The notes: generated by a model not told the origin, from the letters alone. 49,351 nucleotides of DNA from Minisyncoccota bacterium (GCA_035457505.1 DATIBL010000097.1:1-49351), one strand, 5' to 3'; shown: positions 9,301 through 17,442, counted from the first letter of the stretch. Program-made: numbers and translations.

Positions 9301-10430
9301 CGAATCTCCTTGGAACCAATGCAGATCTTCGATATTTTCTTGATGATGCAGGATATACGAATGTTGCCAGCTCCGACAATACGTATGATTCAATCACGGC
9401 AGCGACCTCGACCCGCCTTGCCTATGTGTTCAAGAAGACCCATACGAACAACACTGATCAGATCGACGTGTCGTGGGAGGGGCAGGTTTCGATCGCGACG
9501 ACAACCTATTTGAAGATCTACAACTATTCATCGGGAGCATGGGAAACGCTTGCTTCAAACACGCCTTCGCCTGCAACAGACTTCACGCTCTCGGGAGTTC
9601 AGTCATCCAATCTCTCAAATTACTACGATGGTGGAAACACCGTTTCCCTTCGTCTGGAAACGGGCACTACGACAAAGGTCACGACCCTCAAGACCGACCA
9701 GATCACAATCACTCTCTCGGCTCCCGCTGCGGTTCCCACGATCGTGCACTATCGTTGGCGCGAAGATAATGGGACAGAGACTGCGGCCTCGTACGCGGCG
9801 GCCGAAGACACCGCGCTTGCTCCACCGTATCAGGTCTACCTTGGTGATCGCCGGCGGCTTCGCGTGGCTGTGTCAAATGGCGGCGGAGTTCCGGCATCGA
9901 ATATCACCTATCGACTCGAATATGCCTCTTCGTCGTGCTCAAGCTGGATTGCTGTTCCTTCGTTCAATACGCAGACAACGCAGGAGTGGGTGACCGATCT
10001 CTCGCAATGGCTGCCCGACGGTGTAGCGACGACGCACTCGTCCGGGATGACCGTTCCTCCTGGAAAATCATTTGTTGCTGGGCAGGCGAAATTGCATACC
10101 AACCAAACAAGCGCGCACACGCTTTCGGCAAGCGAGTACACAGAACTCGAGTATGCACTTCGGTCGACATCCTTCGCGCAGTCAAATCTCCTCTATTGCT
10201 TTCGTGTCACCAATGCTGGTTCTGCGTCAGGGTTCTCGTATCAGGTCCGTCCAGAACTGACGCTGAATCCAAATTTCAGACCTCAAACAGGGGGTGCGGG
10301 TACGGAAGCAATCGGGGCCGGCTCACAAAGAAATAACGGTCAAAATAGTGGCGGCTCTGGGACTGAGAGCTCGGGCTCTGGTTCCACCACTACCGGTGGC
10401 GGAGCCGGGGGCGGTGGAGATTCTGGTTAG
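6345..10430 (+). CDS. giant secreted or surface repeat protein (1361 aa from the ATG at 6345)
   Basis: MVFFGSKTLLIASRRYLLLIPLIIAAGLLGFIPSAAEA|AP is a typical signal peptide. The rest is Thr/Ser/Gly/Ala-rich. It has an N-terminal beta-propeller-like region, seven Cys-pair repeats, two copies of a ~150-aa module, and a Gly/Ser-rich C-terminal tail. The tracked ORF start at 6228 is rejected because the promoter lies inside that extension. Confidence 0.8.
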   Translation: MVFFGSKTLLIASRRYLLLIPLIIAAGLLGFIPSAAEAAPSTVVTGVVDGWAHSKSRPVLYNGQYFFLVYHASGGNLYYKSSADAVTWSATSTLLSTGNTPYEFDMFQVDDGKFDLVTSFTAAANPQVTTCAISGAAITCGATTTVSSAVANLPVSITRTPYTGRVWVAVRNAAELEVWSANTAGDVTSSMTFTDEVAGGDANLVGEVTMVPYSSGVAADRVLVIYARDPGGTGSDGIYSRDITDGGGAGTRLDVQLASTQQNTNLFGNAIRISDAHFKFIFRSVGSALPAGGTGVFAHAWNGTSWFGTTNIDSEIDEDNLVFAYNSHNDSIYALANDTAGTASIERWYRPSGAAWGTEVSADGAESTARSLPVTQAQEPAMATSTILREQFILPWAYRVANGSTFDLKVDGLALGGTTTLRAFNFLNDNGATVDAYTARAGLATSTIATNVKKGERMIVRFQVDNKSIATSTKMYRLQWENATDAAGVWNDLGTTTQIRWAYSEKGAPLARQGFTPLPTNQSGTCNSGSTYVAGRFVSGTGTSAPISLPPGKCTELAFAIETSGATLGKTYRYRLVNGLTGLAFDATILGGTYSTYASSTIETVQSIRYSKEARGGTSDMAMDAANGNNNGWYIDAAMGSDGFPVFSYNDSAASSLKFIKCGDIACSSSTVRTLIKPASQNALAIGTDGNPILAYYSEIANDLHFMKCGDLSCSATTSVSLHASANVVGQAPSMAIGTDGNPVISYYDSTDKDLEFVKCHDTSCTTSTQRTLDDGGDTSVAIGAESSITVGPDGYPVIVYEGRDINTLLLIKCTDAACSTTSTSTTVIETSGGSSPSAAMNADGFLSVAYYTLSGGDLKFIKCANTLCTSRTTRTLATSYEVSWPPVLLIGADGNPLIVFRDSTTGANKILALKCHDSTCGTYSISVVKSTGASASLGVYRSAVLAPDGNPVILTQIDPSGANDKTPHFIRCSTIDCAPVASSTANLLGTNADLRYFLDDAGYTNVASSDNTYDSITAATSTRLAYVFKKTHTNNTDQIDVSWEGQVSIATTTYLKIYNYSSGAWETLASNTPSPATDFTLSGVQSSNLSNYYDGGNTVSLRLETGTTTKVTTLKTDQITITLSAPAAVPTIVHYRWREDNGTETAASYAAAEDTALAPPYQVYLGDRRRLRVAVSNGGGVPASNITYRLEYASSSCSSWIAVPSFNTQTTQEWVTDLSQWLPDGVATTHSSGMTVPPGKSFVAGQAKLHTNQTSAHTLSASEYTELEYALRSTSFAQSNLLYCFRVTNAGSASGFSYQVRPELTLNPNFRPQTGGAGTEAIGAGSQRNNGQNSGGSGTESSGSGSTTTGGGAGGGGDSG
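8259..9299 (+). repeat. seven tandem ~45-55-aa coding repeats, consensus (I/V)G.DG.P.I.Y......L.F.KC.D..C
   Basis: The repeat cores are MGSDGFPVFSY..LKFIKCGDIACSS, IGTDGNPILAYY..LHFMKCGDLSCSA, IGTDGNPVISYY..LEFVKCHDTSCTT, VGPDGYPVIVYE..LLLIKCTDAACST, MNADGFLSVAYY..LKFIKCANTLCTS, IGADGNPLIVFR..ILALKCHDSTCGT and LAPDGNPVILTQ..PHFIRCSTIDCAP. Confidence 0.85.
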
Positions 10431-10494
10431 GACACAGACGGACGTGTGTTTGCCTCGCGGGGGTCGATTTGCTAGCATGGGTTCGTTCACATTT

Positions 10495-10565
10495 GCGGGA
10501 TTAGTTTAATGGTAGAATGGCTGCCTTCCAAGCAGCAGGTGGGAGTTCGATTCTCCCATCCCGCA
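10495..10565 (+). tRNA. tRNA-Gly (anticodon UCC)
   Basis: 71 nt. The acceptor stem is GCGGGAT/ATCCCGC plus discriminator A. The anticodon stem GCTGC/GCAGC carries the loop CTTCCAA (TCC). The T arm is GGGAG-TTCGATT-CTCCC. CCA is not encoded. Confidence 0.93.
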
Positions 10566-10575
10566 CTCGGCTAAC

Positions 10576-10604
10576 AAAAAGTCTGCTTCTGGGCAGATTT
10601 TTTG
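10576..10604 (+). terminator. rho-independent terminator after tRNA-Gly
   Basis: AAAAA, then the stem GTCTGC/GCAGAT (one G-U pair) with loop TTCTGG, followed by TTTTTT. Confidence 0.65.
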
Positions 10605-10727
10605 ATATTGCCGATGCGGGGATAGCGAGTGCCCTGCGGCACTCGCGGTGAGAATCGAAGGGCTTTGCGTTATTTACGAAGAGGCTTTGCTCTGAGTAAA
10701 TCGCAAAGGCATACTGAAGCTGTAGGC

Positions 10728-10748
10728 TTCGATTCTCCCATCCCGCAC
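10728..10748 (+). repeat. exact 21-nt direct copy of the tRNA-Gly 3' end
   Basis: TTCGATTCTCCCATCCCGCAC at 10728-10748 equals 10546-10566. The 5' half of the T stem is not conserved, so this is a fragment and not a second tRNA. Confidence 0.9.
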
Positions 10749-10802
10749 AAAAACAGGAAGCCGGACGCGTGAGCGTTCGGCGACTGTGCTTTTGTCGCGA
10801 TG

Positions 10803-10815
10803 TGGGAGAATCGAA
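10803..10815 (-). repeat. inverted 13-nt partial copy of the tRNA-Gly T-arm
   Basis: The reverse complement of TGGGAGAATCGAA is TTCGATTCTCCCA, matching tRNA positions 10546-10558. A further 10-nt inverted copy (GAGAATCGAA) lies at 10650-10659. Confidence 0.7.
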
Positions 10816-10860
10816 AGGCGGAAGCCGCGAAGCCGGACCAAAAACAAGAGCTCTCTATAA

Positions 10861-10881
10861 GAAAAAGGACCCGGTGGGTCC
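10861..10881 (-). terminator. rho-independent terminator
   Basis: GGACCC (10867-10872) pairs with GGGTCC (10876-10881) around a 3-nt loop. A T-run follows on the minus strand, directly downstream of the stop at 10894. Confidence 0.65.
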
Positions 10882-10893
10882 TCGTTCGTCCGC

Positions 10894-11301
10894 CTACTTT
10901 TTCGGAGCCGGAGCGTTGTCTGGAGTGATGATGAAAACTTCTCCTACCTCTGAGTCCGAGCGAACGATGCTCATGTGCGTACTTACGATCTCCTCGCCGC
11001 GAAGCATGCGCCCGGTCCACTGATGGAGTGTCTCTCGGGGAGTGTAGGTGATGTGGGCCATCCCGCAGCGCTTTTCGCTGATAAGATGGCTGATCCTCGG
11101 GAAGAACAGGTTGAGTTCTTCCTTTGCCTCGATCGACTTTTGCTCCTCGGTCGCGATAAACATGGCGTCCGTCTTTGCCTTGCAGAGAAAGACCGGCTCC
11201 GTGCGTTCCTTCCCGAACTCAATCGGTCCAAGATGCGTTGCTCCGGCACTGAAACTTGCAGTAAGGGTCAGACCCGCAATGATCGAAAAAAGTGTTCTCA
11301 T
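10894..11301 (-). CDS. small secreted hypothetical protein
   Basis: 135 aa from the internal ATG. MRTLFSIIAGLTLTASFSAGA is signal-peptide-like, and a terminator lies downstream. No family recognised. Confidence 0.55.
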   Translation of the reverse strand: MRTLFSIIAGLTLTASFSAGATHLGPIEFGKERTEPVFLCKAKTDAMFIATEEQKSIEAKEELNLFFPRISHLISEKRCGMAHITYTPRETLHQWTGRMLRGEEIVSTHMSIVRSDSEVGEVFIITPDNAPAPKK

Positions 11302-11355
11302 GGCGAAAAGCCTTCGGTTCCTGTGGAACCCTCCCATGTTTTGCGTGTTTCGGCA

Positions 11356-11382
11356 AGAAAAAGCTGCCGATTATTCGGCAGC
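11356..11382 (-). terminator. rho-independent terminator overlapping the stop of the 74-aa ORF
   Basis: GCTGCCG (11363-11369) pairs with CGGCAGC (11376-11382), followed by TTTTT on the minus strand. Confidence 0.6.
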
Positions 11383-11595
11383 TTGGTGTTGAAGCGTCGC
11401 TGCGTGCGCTTCGTCGATCACGCGGGCGATCTGACGTCCGCTGTGCAGGTTTGCGAACGCGACAATCTGTCCGACCACCTCACGGCGTCCGCGGATGAGA
11501 TATCCTTTGCCCGGGAGTGGAGTTCGAGTGTACGCGCTCGGCTCGACTCCATCCGGGTGGTAGGCGATGTGAGTTTCGATCAGTGCGATTTGCAT
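11371..11595 (-). CDS. small hypothetical protein (74 aa)
   Basis: It starts MQIALIETHIAYHPDG... from the ATG at 11595. The upstream part of the tracked 151-aa ORF has non-protein-like composition. A terminator lies at the 3' end. No family recognised. Confidence 0.4.
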   Translation of the reverse strand: MQIALIETHIAYHPDGVEPSAYTRTPLPGKGYLIRGRREVVGQIVAFANLHSGRQIARVIDEAHAATLQHQAAE

Positions 11596-11817
11596 ACGAT
11601 GCTCCTTTTGCTGCGTGTGAAAGAACAAAAAATAAACAAGCGCCCCGTGGTGAGGCGCTTGGTCTTGTGTCGATTGCGATCTATCGAGACAACGGCAAAC
11701 GTCCCACCGGGTCGGAGGAAGGAAAAAAGAAAAAGCCGAACCAATATGACGTTGCCTGCATGGGTACACCATACCATATTCACAAAAAAGTGCAAGCACA
11801 TGTGAGCTTTTCGAGAA

Positions 11818-11849
11818 CCCAAACACCCGCCTTGCGGCGGGTGTTTGGG
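11818..11849 (-). terminator. 14-bp-stem hairpin downstream of the HU gene
   Basis: CCCAAACACCCGCC (11818-11831) pairs with GGCGGGTGTTTGGG (11836-11849) around the loop TTGC. The T-run is weak, so it may act as a terminator or an RNA-stabilising hairpin. Confidence 0.55.
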
Positions 11850-11874
11850 GTATGTTTGCTGAAACCTTCGATGA

Positions 11875-12147
11875 TTATTTGACGGCGTCCTTGAGCGCTT
11901 TGGCGGCGCGGAACTTCGGAACGCGCATCGCTGCGACCTTGATGGTCTCGCCCGTGCGCGGATTGCGCGCGGTGCGTGCAGCTCGGGTCTTCACAGAGAA
12001 AATGCCGAGTCCTGCGATCGAAACCTCATCGCCTTTCGTGAGTCCGGCGGTGATGGTATCGATCATGGTCTCAACAGCCTGCTCTGCGGCGACTTTGGTC
12101 CCGCCAAGCTTCTCGTGAACGGCCTCGATGATCGACTGCTTATTCAT
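11875..12147 (-). CDS. hup: DNA-binding protein HU
   Basis: 90 aa from the ATG at 12147. MNKQSIIEAV...GLGIFSVKTRAARTARNPRTGETIKVAAMRVPKFRAAKALKDAV carries the HU/IHF signature arm R.ARNPRTGE.I. Confidence 0.93.
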   Translation of the reverse strand: MNKQSIIEAVHEKLGGTKVAAEQAVETMIDTITAGLTKGDEVSIAGLGIFSVKTRAARTARNPRTGETIKVAAMRVPKFRAAKALKDAVK

Positions 12148-12381
12148 CGTATTGGGTTTACAGCTGCTAATTGCAGTCATTCGTCTCGAATGCGTCGACC
12201 GACGCGTCCAAGTGTCGAATAACTCTGCATGCAGAGGTATTGCAACCTCGCTATTTAGTATAAATGAAGCCATTTTTTGCGCAATCGACCCAAAAAATAG
12301 GGGTGGACAATGCCTGGAGCGTCAAACGTGTGCCGGTAATGATGCTTTGCGCACAGCCGCGGTCTGATTTAGGGTGATAGA

Positions 12382-12409
12382 ACAAAAATACCGCTCAATA
12401 GAGCGGTAT
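12382..12409 (-). terminator. rho-independent terminator of rny
   Basis: ATACCGCTC (12388-12396) pairs with GAGCGGTAT (12401-12409) around a 4-nt loop, followed by TTTTG on the minus strand. Confidence 0.7.
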
Positions 12410-12430
12410 TTTAAGAACATGTGGAAGTAC

Positions 12431-13972
12431 TTATCTTGCGTACTCGATGCAGCGGTTCTCTCGGATAACAGTGATCTTGATCTCTCCCGGGTACTTGAGC
12501 TCCTGTTCGACCGCGATGGCGATCTCGCGGGCGATAGCGTGGGCTTCCAGGTCGCTGACTTCGGTCGGAGTCACGAAAACGCGGACTTCGCGGCCAGCTG
12601 AGAGTGCATATGCCTTCTCGACGCCAGGCTTCGAAAGCGCGATCTTCTCGAGATCCTCAAGCTTCTTGATGTAGTTCTCGACTGATTCTCGGCGTGCGCC
12701 CGGGCGTCCTCCCGAGATGGCATCGGCGGTCTGAACGATGATTGATTCGATCGTTTCGTACGGATATTCCTCGTGGTGGGACTGCATCGCCTTGATGATG
12801 CGCTCGTCCGCGCCGAATTTCTGGAGGATGCGGCGTCCGATCTCAACGTGGGTACCCTGGACCTCGTGATCCACTGCCTTGCCGATATCATGGAGCAGGG
12901 CTCCGGCCTTGGCGATCTGGACGTCAGCTCCGAGTTCTTCAGCAAGCATGCCGCAAATGTGCGCCATCTCGATCGAGTGCTGGAGCACGTTCTGTCCATA
13001 GCTCGTGCGGAAGTATAGGCGTCCGAGAATGGAGATGATGCGCGGATCAAGGTTGAAGACACCGCACTCATAGACTGCCTGCTCGCCCTTCTCCTTGATG
13101 ATGCGATTGATCTCGTCCTTGGCCTTGTTGACCACTTCCTCGATCTTGGCCGGCTGGATGCGTCCGTCGAGAATGAGATTCTCAAGTGCGACGCGTGCGA
13201 TCTGGCGCCGAACAGGATCGAATGCGGAGATCACGATCGTGCCGGGCGTGTCGTCGACGACGAGTTCGACTCCGGCGACGCGCTCGAAGGTGCGGATGTT
13301 GCGACCTTCCTTTCCGATGATCTTGCCCTTGATCTCGTCGTTCGGAATGTTGACCGAGGTGGTCATGATGTCTCCGGCCGTCGAAGCGGCAAGGCGCTGG
13401 ATCGACGTGGCGAGAATATCCTTTGCGCGGCGATCGAGGCGCTCCATACCCTCGTGCTCAAGCTTCTGCAGTTTGATCATGAAATCCTGCTCGTAGCGCT
13501 CTTCGATCTTCTGGATGAGGCGCTTCTTTGCCTCGTCCTCGTCGAGCCCAGCAACGCGCTCGAGCTCATGCTCAACAGCGCGCTTGCGTTCCTCGATGGA
13601 TTCCTTGATCGCCTTGAGTTCCTCCGCCTTTTCGCGGATCGTCGAGACTTCGCGCTCAACGTCCTCTTGCTTGCGATCAAGCGTCTCCTCCTTCTTCAGC
13701 AAGCGCTCTTCGACGCGCTTCCACTCGCGTTCCTTTTCCTTCTCTTTGTTGCGAAGATCCTCTTCAACGCGATTGGCCTTTTTGTCGGCTTCTTCGATGA
13801 TCTTCTGCCCCTCTTCCTTGGCCGAGAGCATCATTTGCTTGATCTCGAGCTCGACCGATCCCTTCTTTCCGACCGTCAGCGCCCAGCGGATCACATACCC
13901 GACAATAATGCCGAATACGCCGCTCAGGATGCCGACGACGACGAGGATCGTTGTCGTCGTGGTTTCTTCCAT
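12431..13972 (-). CDS. rny: ribonuclease Y
   Basis: 513 aa. It has an N-terminal TM helix, a long charged coiled coil, a KH domain (GKIIGKEGRNIRTFE) and an HD domain (LLHDIGKAVDHE...HHE). Confidence 0.95.
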   Translation of the reverse strand: MEETTTTTILVVVGILSGVFGIIVGYVIRWALTVGKKGSVELEIKQMMLSAKEEGQKIIEEADKKANRVEEDLRNKEKEKEREWKRVEERLLKKEETLDRKQEDVEREVSTIREKAEELKAIKESIEERKRAVEHELERVAGLDEDEAKKRLIQKIEERYEQDFMIKLQKLEHEGMERLDRRAKDILATSIQRLAASTAGDIMTTSVNIPNDEIKGKIIGKEGRNIRTFERVAGVELVVDDTPGTIVISAFDPVRRQIARVALENLILDGRIQPAKIEEVVNKAKDEINRIIKEKGEQAVYECGVFNLDPRIISILGRLYFRTSYGQNVLQHSIEMAHICGMLAEELGADVQIAKAGALLHDIGKAVDHEVQGTHVEIGRRILQKFGADERIIKAMQSHHEEYPYETIESIIVQTADAISGGRPGARRESVENYIKKLEDLEKIALSKPGVEKAYALSAGREVRVFVTPTEVSDLEAHAIAREIAIAVEQELKYPGEIKITVIRENRCIEYAR

Positions 13973-14259
13973 AGTGATAGACGAACGGAGCCGCTTTCCA
14001 CTGCGGCGTCATGTGCGACGGGAACGCCCCGAGGCCGGGGAGACGATCTGGTTCAATTCGACGGGAATGTTCTGGCGAAAGCCATGGATGCGTTCGTGAA
14101 TTCGCAGCGTGACGGAAATGCGTGGAAATGACACCGAAACTTAAAGTTGGTAAAAATCCGGTTCATTGATCTGGCTTTCCTCCGTGTTCTGATGCCAGCA
14201 TCCTCACTCTAACAGAACGGATCGCGTCATGTCCAATTCGCTCCATGCCGCGCTCTCTC

Positions 14260-14290
14260 AAGGAAAACCTCCGCACAGAGGCGGAGGTTT
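14260..14290 (-). terminator. rho-independent terminator of clpP
   Basis: AAACCTCCGC (14265-14274) pairs with GCGGAGGTTT (14281-14290) around a 6-nt loop, followed by TTTTCC on the minus strand. Confidence 0.7.
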
Positions 14291-14311
14291 CTTCCAGCAA
14301 AAACACCCAGG

Positions 14312-14902
14312 TTAGCGATTTTTTGGCTTGAGGACCTCGTCGATCAGGCCATACTTCTTGGCCTCATCGGAGAGCATATAGTTGTCGCGGTCTGAATCCT
14401 TTTCGATCTGCTCGACGGTCTTTCCGGTGTTCTTGGCCAAGATCCGGTTGAGATTCTCCTTTGTGCGAAGGATGTGCTTGGCCGTGATCGCGATGTCGGA
14501 CGCTTGTCCCTCGGCACCGCCCATGACCTGATGGATCATGACTTCGGCGTTTGGCAGCGCAAAACGCTTGCCCTTGGTCCCCGACGAAAGCAGGACCGCT
14601 GCCGCGGACGCGGCAATTCCGACCACGATCGTGGCGACATCAGGCTTGATGTGGTTCATGGTGTCGTAGATCGCCATTGCCGAGGTGACCGAGCCGCCAG
14701 GGGAGTTGATGTAGAGCTTGATATCTTCCTTCGGGTTCTCGGATTCGAGGAAGAGGAGCTGCGCCACAACCACGCTGGCGAGGTGGTCGTCGATCGGGCC
14801 GCCGAGGAAGATGATGCGCTCTTTGAGCAGGCGCGAATAGATATCGAATGCGCGCTCGCCCATGGGAGACTTTTCGATGACGGTTGGGATGAGGTAACTC
14901 AT
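14312..14902 (-). CDS. clpP: ATP-dependent Clp protease proteolytic subunit
   Basis: 196 aa. It contains [30 protein letters not shown], the catalytic Ser in [11 protein letters not shown], and MIHQVMGG. Confidence 0.95.
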   Translation of the reverse strand: MSYLIPTVIEKSPMGERAFDIYSRLLKERIIFLGGPIDDHLASVVVAQLLFLESENPKEDIKLYINSPGGSVTSAMAIYDTMNHIKPDVATIVVGIAASAAAVLLSSGTKGKRFALPNAEVMIHQVMGGAEGQASDIAITAKHILRTKENLNRILAKNTGKTVEQIEKDSDRDNYMLSDEAKKYGLIDEVLKPKNR

Positions 14903-15059
14903 AGCAGGAAGAGGTTAGTGGGCGAATCATAACACGAAAGCGTCGATTATACAAGGTTCTTGGCTTAAATGGGCGTGCTCGTTGACAATTCGTATATGAG
15001 TATTATGGTGTGCAACGGCTTGGGCACATTGAATATGTTGCTATTGCGAGGTGAAGAAA

Positions 15060-17312
15060 ATGCGACTTCCTATTGAGAGTGTTCGAGAAGAGATCACTCA
15101 AACCATCGTTCGCAACCAGGTCACTGTCGTTGTCGGCGATCCTGGATGCGGTAAGACAACCATGCTTCCATACTTTCTCTACAAGGAGGGACTGGCATGG
15201 ACGGGTCGGATCGGTATCACGCAGCCACGAAAGATCGCGGCTGTCTCGGTTTCGCGCTACCTGGCGAAGAGGCTTGGCGTTGAGGATATGGGGATCGTCG
15301 CGCATAAGGTGAGATTTGAAGACGCAACCGATCCTTCGACAGAGATCAAATTTATGACCGATGGGGTCTTGTTGCGTGAAATGCGCTCGGACCCCCTTTT
15401 GTTGAAGTACGCGATCGTCGTTATTGATGAAGCGCACGAACGAACAGCAAACATTGATTTTCTACTCGGATTGTTGAAACGTGCTGCTCTCCTCCGAAAG
15501 GACCTCAAGGTCGTTGTCGCGTCTGCGACAATCGATGCGGAAAAGTTTTCCGCTTATTTTGATCATGCCCCCGTGATCCATGTTCCCGGGCGGCCGCATG
15601 ACGTTGCTATCGTCTGGAGTGATCACGATTATGATTCTGCGGGCGAGATGAGAGACGCCGCACTTTCGCTAATTCGGGAACTTCGTACGAAGCGCGAGCG
15701 GGGCGACGTGCTCGTTTTTCTCCCAGGGACAGAGCAGATCTACGAACTGATCTCTGCGATCGAGGATGAAGAGTGGGATGATGTTGTTGCGCTTCCTGCC
15801 CATGGAAATCTTGAGGCGGGGGATCTCAATCGCGTATTTCAGCAATATCCCGGAAAGTGGAAGATTGTTGCTGCAACGAACATTGCAGAGACTTCGATCA
15901 CGATCGAGGGGATCGCCTATGTGATCGATAGCGGACTGATCCGGCAATCGGAATATTATCCGAAGGCAGGTTTTAGGGGAGTCGATCTCACGCTGCATTC
16001 GCAGGCCGGATGTGACCAGCGTACTGGGCGCATCGGGCGGACCGGCTCGGGCGTGTGCTATCGTTTGTTCACGAAGGAAAACTTCGAACAGCGGCCGGCG
16101 TACACCGAGACGGAGTTGCACAGGGTGAGCCTTGCGGGGATTGTCCTCTCCATGCAGGCACTCGGCATCGAGGATGCATGGAACTTCCCGTTCATCGATA
16201 TGCCATCGAAGGCCTCGATCAATGATGCATTTCGAACACTGACGGCGCTCGGCGCGGTCGAGGCTGATACGGGAAGGATCACTGAGCTCGGAATAGAAAT
16301 GGAAACATTTCCGCTTGAGCCGCATCTCTCGCGCATGCTGCTTGAGGCGAGACGTTTCGACTGTGTGGAGGATATTGCGACGATCGTCGCGTTTCTCACG
16401 TGTTTCCGCTCCGTCTGGCTTCACCCGAGAGGGAACGAGGCGGAGGCCGATGCGCGTCATCGTCGATTCGCCCATCATAATTCCGACATGCTCACGCTGA
16501 TCGATATTTGGGATGGCTATGAGGCTGTCGAGGGCGATGATGGGTGGTGCCACGATCACTTCTTCAGCGTCAAGGTGCTGAAAGACGTCGCCCTGATCCG
16601 GTCTTTATTGATCCGGCATCTGACGCAGCTCGGGATCAAGGTCTCTCGCACGAATAACCGTTCCCTGGTGCGCCGCGCCGTCGCCGCTGGATTGATCTAT
16701 CACTTGCTTCGGCACACGGGAGAGTCTGCGTATGCGGGAGTATTCCGCAATATCCGCAGGGCGTATATCCACCCGAGATCTGCGCTTGCCGGCGGTCTGG
16801 CCAAGTATCAATGGCTGGTCGCTTCCGAGGTCTCGCGTTCGTCGAGACTCTTTGCGCGTGTCTGCAGTTCCGTAGACCCGGCCTGGCTTCCTGATCTTGC
16901 GCCCGAACGATTTGTGTTCGGCGCACGGTCACTGAGAGAGCCGCTTTTTCCAGGAGGAGAATGGACGGTGCGGAGGTCGGTGGAGTTCAGAGATGGGAAA
17001 GGCCGGTCTGCTTACGTCGGCGAGGCTGTCATGGAACTTGTTCCGTGCCAACGAGCGAAGCTGATCCATTCTGAGGATATTCGTATCGCAAAGGAGAATG
17101 GCTGGATCATGCTTGCGGTCGGCGCTACCCAAAGCGGCGGGGAAGTATTCGGTACGTCCGAGGAGGGGAATACATATCGCTTCTTTGATGCTCCGATCGC
17201 TGCATTCGAGGAGGGGAGTCAATGGTATTGCTCTCTCGACTCTTCCGTTTCTCCCGGAGTAACACTCGCTAAGCCGCAATTTTCCGTCCATCGCTTTGAA
17301 GGATCCGACTGA
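15060..17312 (+). CDS. DEAH-box ATP-dependent helicase, HrpA/HrpB-like
   Basis: It has Walker A GDPGCGKTT, DEAH in VIDEAHERT, and SATID, FLPG, TNIAETSITI and QRTGRIGR motifs. The ATG at 15060 is preferred over the GTG at 15051 because GAGGTG lies 6 nt upstream. Confidence 0.88.
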   Translation: MRLPIESVREEITQTIVRNQVTVVVGDPGCGKTTMLPYFLYKEGLAWTGRIGITQPRKIAAVSVSRYLAKRLGVEDMGIVAHKVRFEDATDPSTEIKFMTDGVLLREMRSDPLLLKYAIVVIDEAHERTANIDFLLGLLKRAALLRKDLKVVVASATIDAEKFSAYFDHAPVIHVPGRPHDVAIVWSDHDYDSAGEMRDAALSLIRELRTKRERGDVLVFLPGTEQIYELISAIEDEEWDDVVALPAHGNLEAGDLNRVFQQYPGKWKIVAATNIAETSITIEGIAYVIDSGLIRQSEYYPKAGFRGVDLTLHSQAGCDQRTGRIGRTGSGVCYRLFTKENFEQRPAYTETELHRVSLAGIVLSMQALGIEDAWNFPFIDMPSKASINDAFRTLTALGAVEADTGRITELGIEMETFPLEPHLSRMLLEARRFDCVEDIATIVAFLTCFRSVWLHPRGNEAEADARHRRFAHHNSDMLTLIDIWDGYEAVEGDDGWCHDHFFSVKVLKDVALIRSLLIRHLTQLGIKVSRTNNRSLVRRAVAAGLIYHLLRHTGESAYAGVFRNIRRAYIHPRSALAGGLAKYQWLVASEVSRSSRLFARVCSSVDPAWLPDLAPERFVFGARSLREPLFPGGEWTVRRSVEFRDGKGRSAYVGEAVMELVPCQRAKLIHSEDIRIAKENGWIMLAVGATQSGGEVFGTSEEGNTYRFFDAPIAAFEEGSQWYCSLDSSVSPGVTLAKPQFSVHRFEGSD

Positions 17313-17342
17313 GTGTCGTATTCTTGTTCCATGTTTTACCTG

Positions 17343-17372
17343 GCAGCCCGATATTCTCGGGCTGCTTTTCGT
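17343..17372 (+). terminator. rho-independent terminator
   Basis: GCAGCCCG (17343-17350) pairs with CGGGCTGC (17358-17365), followed by TTTTCGTT. Confidence 0.7.
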
Positions 17373-17405
17373 TCCTCCCTATCCCATTGAACGAGTTTTG
17401 ATATA

Positions 17406-17436
17406 GCAAAAAGCGCCACGAGACATCCGTGGCGCT
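17406..17436 (-). terminator. rho-independent terminator
   Basis: AGCGCCACG (17412-17420) pairs with CGTGGCGCT (17428-17436), followed by TTTTT on the minus strand, just downstream of the stop at 17443. Confidence 0.7.
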
Positions 17437-17442
17437 GAGCAT

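Noticed and set aside
10605-10727. Possible second tRNA or tRNA pseudogene (GCGGGGATAGCG... plus a TTCGATTCTC-like string)
   Set aside because: The pieces are in opposite orientations and cannot form a cloverleaf, because the T-stem halves do not pair. They are treated as fragments, not a gene.
14170-14200. GGAGGAAAGCC on the minus strand resembling the RNase P CR-I motif GAGGAAAGUCC
   Set aside because: The surrounding sequence lacks the other universally conserved RNase P blocks and the expected pairing. It is more likely a chance Shine-Dalgarno-like string.
14982-15009. TTGACA at 14982 as a promoter for the HrpA-like helicase
   Set aside because: No acceptable -10 hexamer lies at 16-18-nt spacing (TATTAT is at 13 nt, and the weak TATGGT at 16 nt). 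This is too uncertain to list as a feature.
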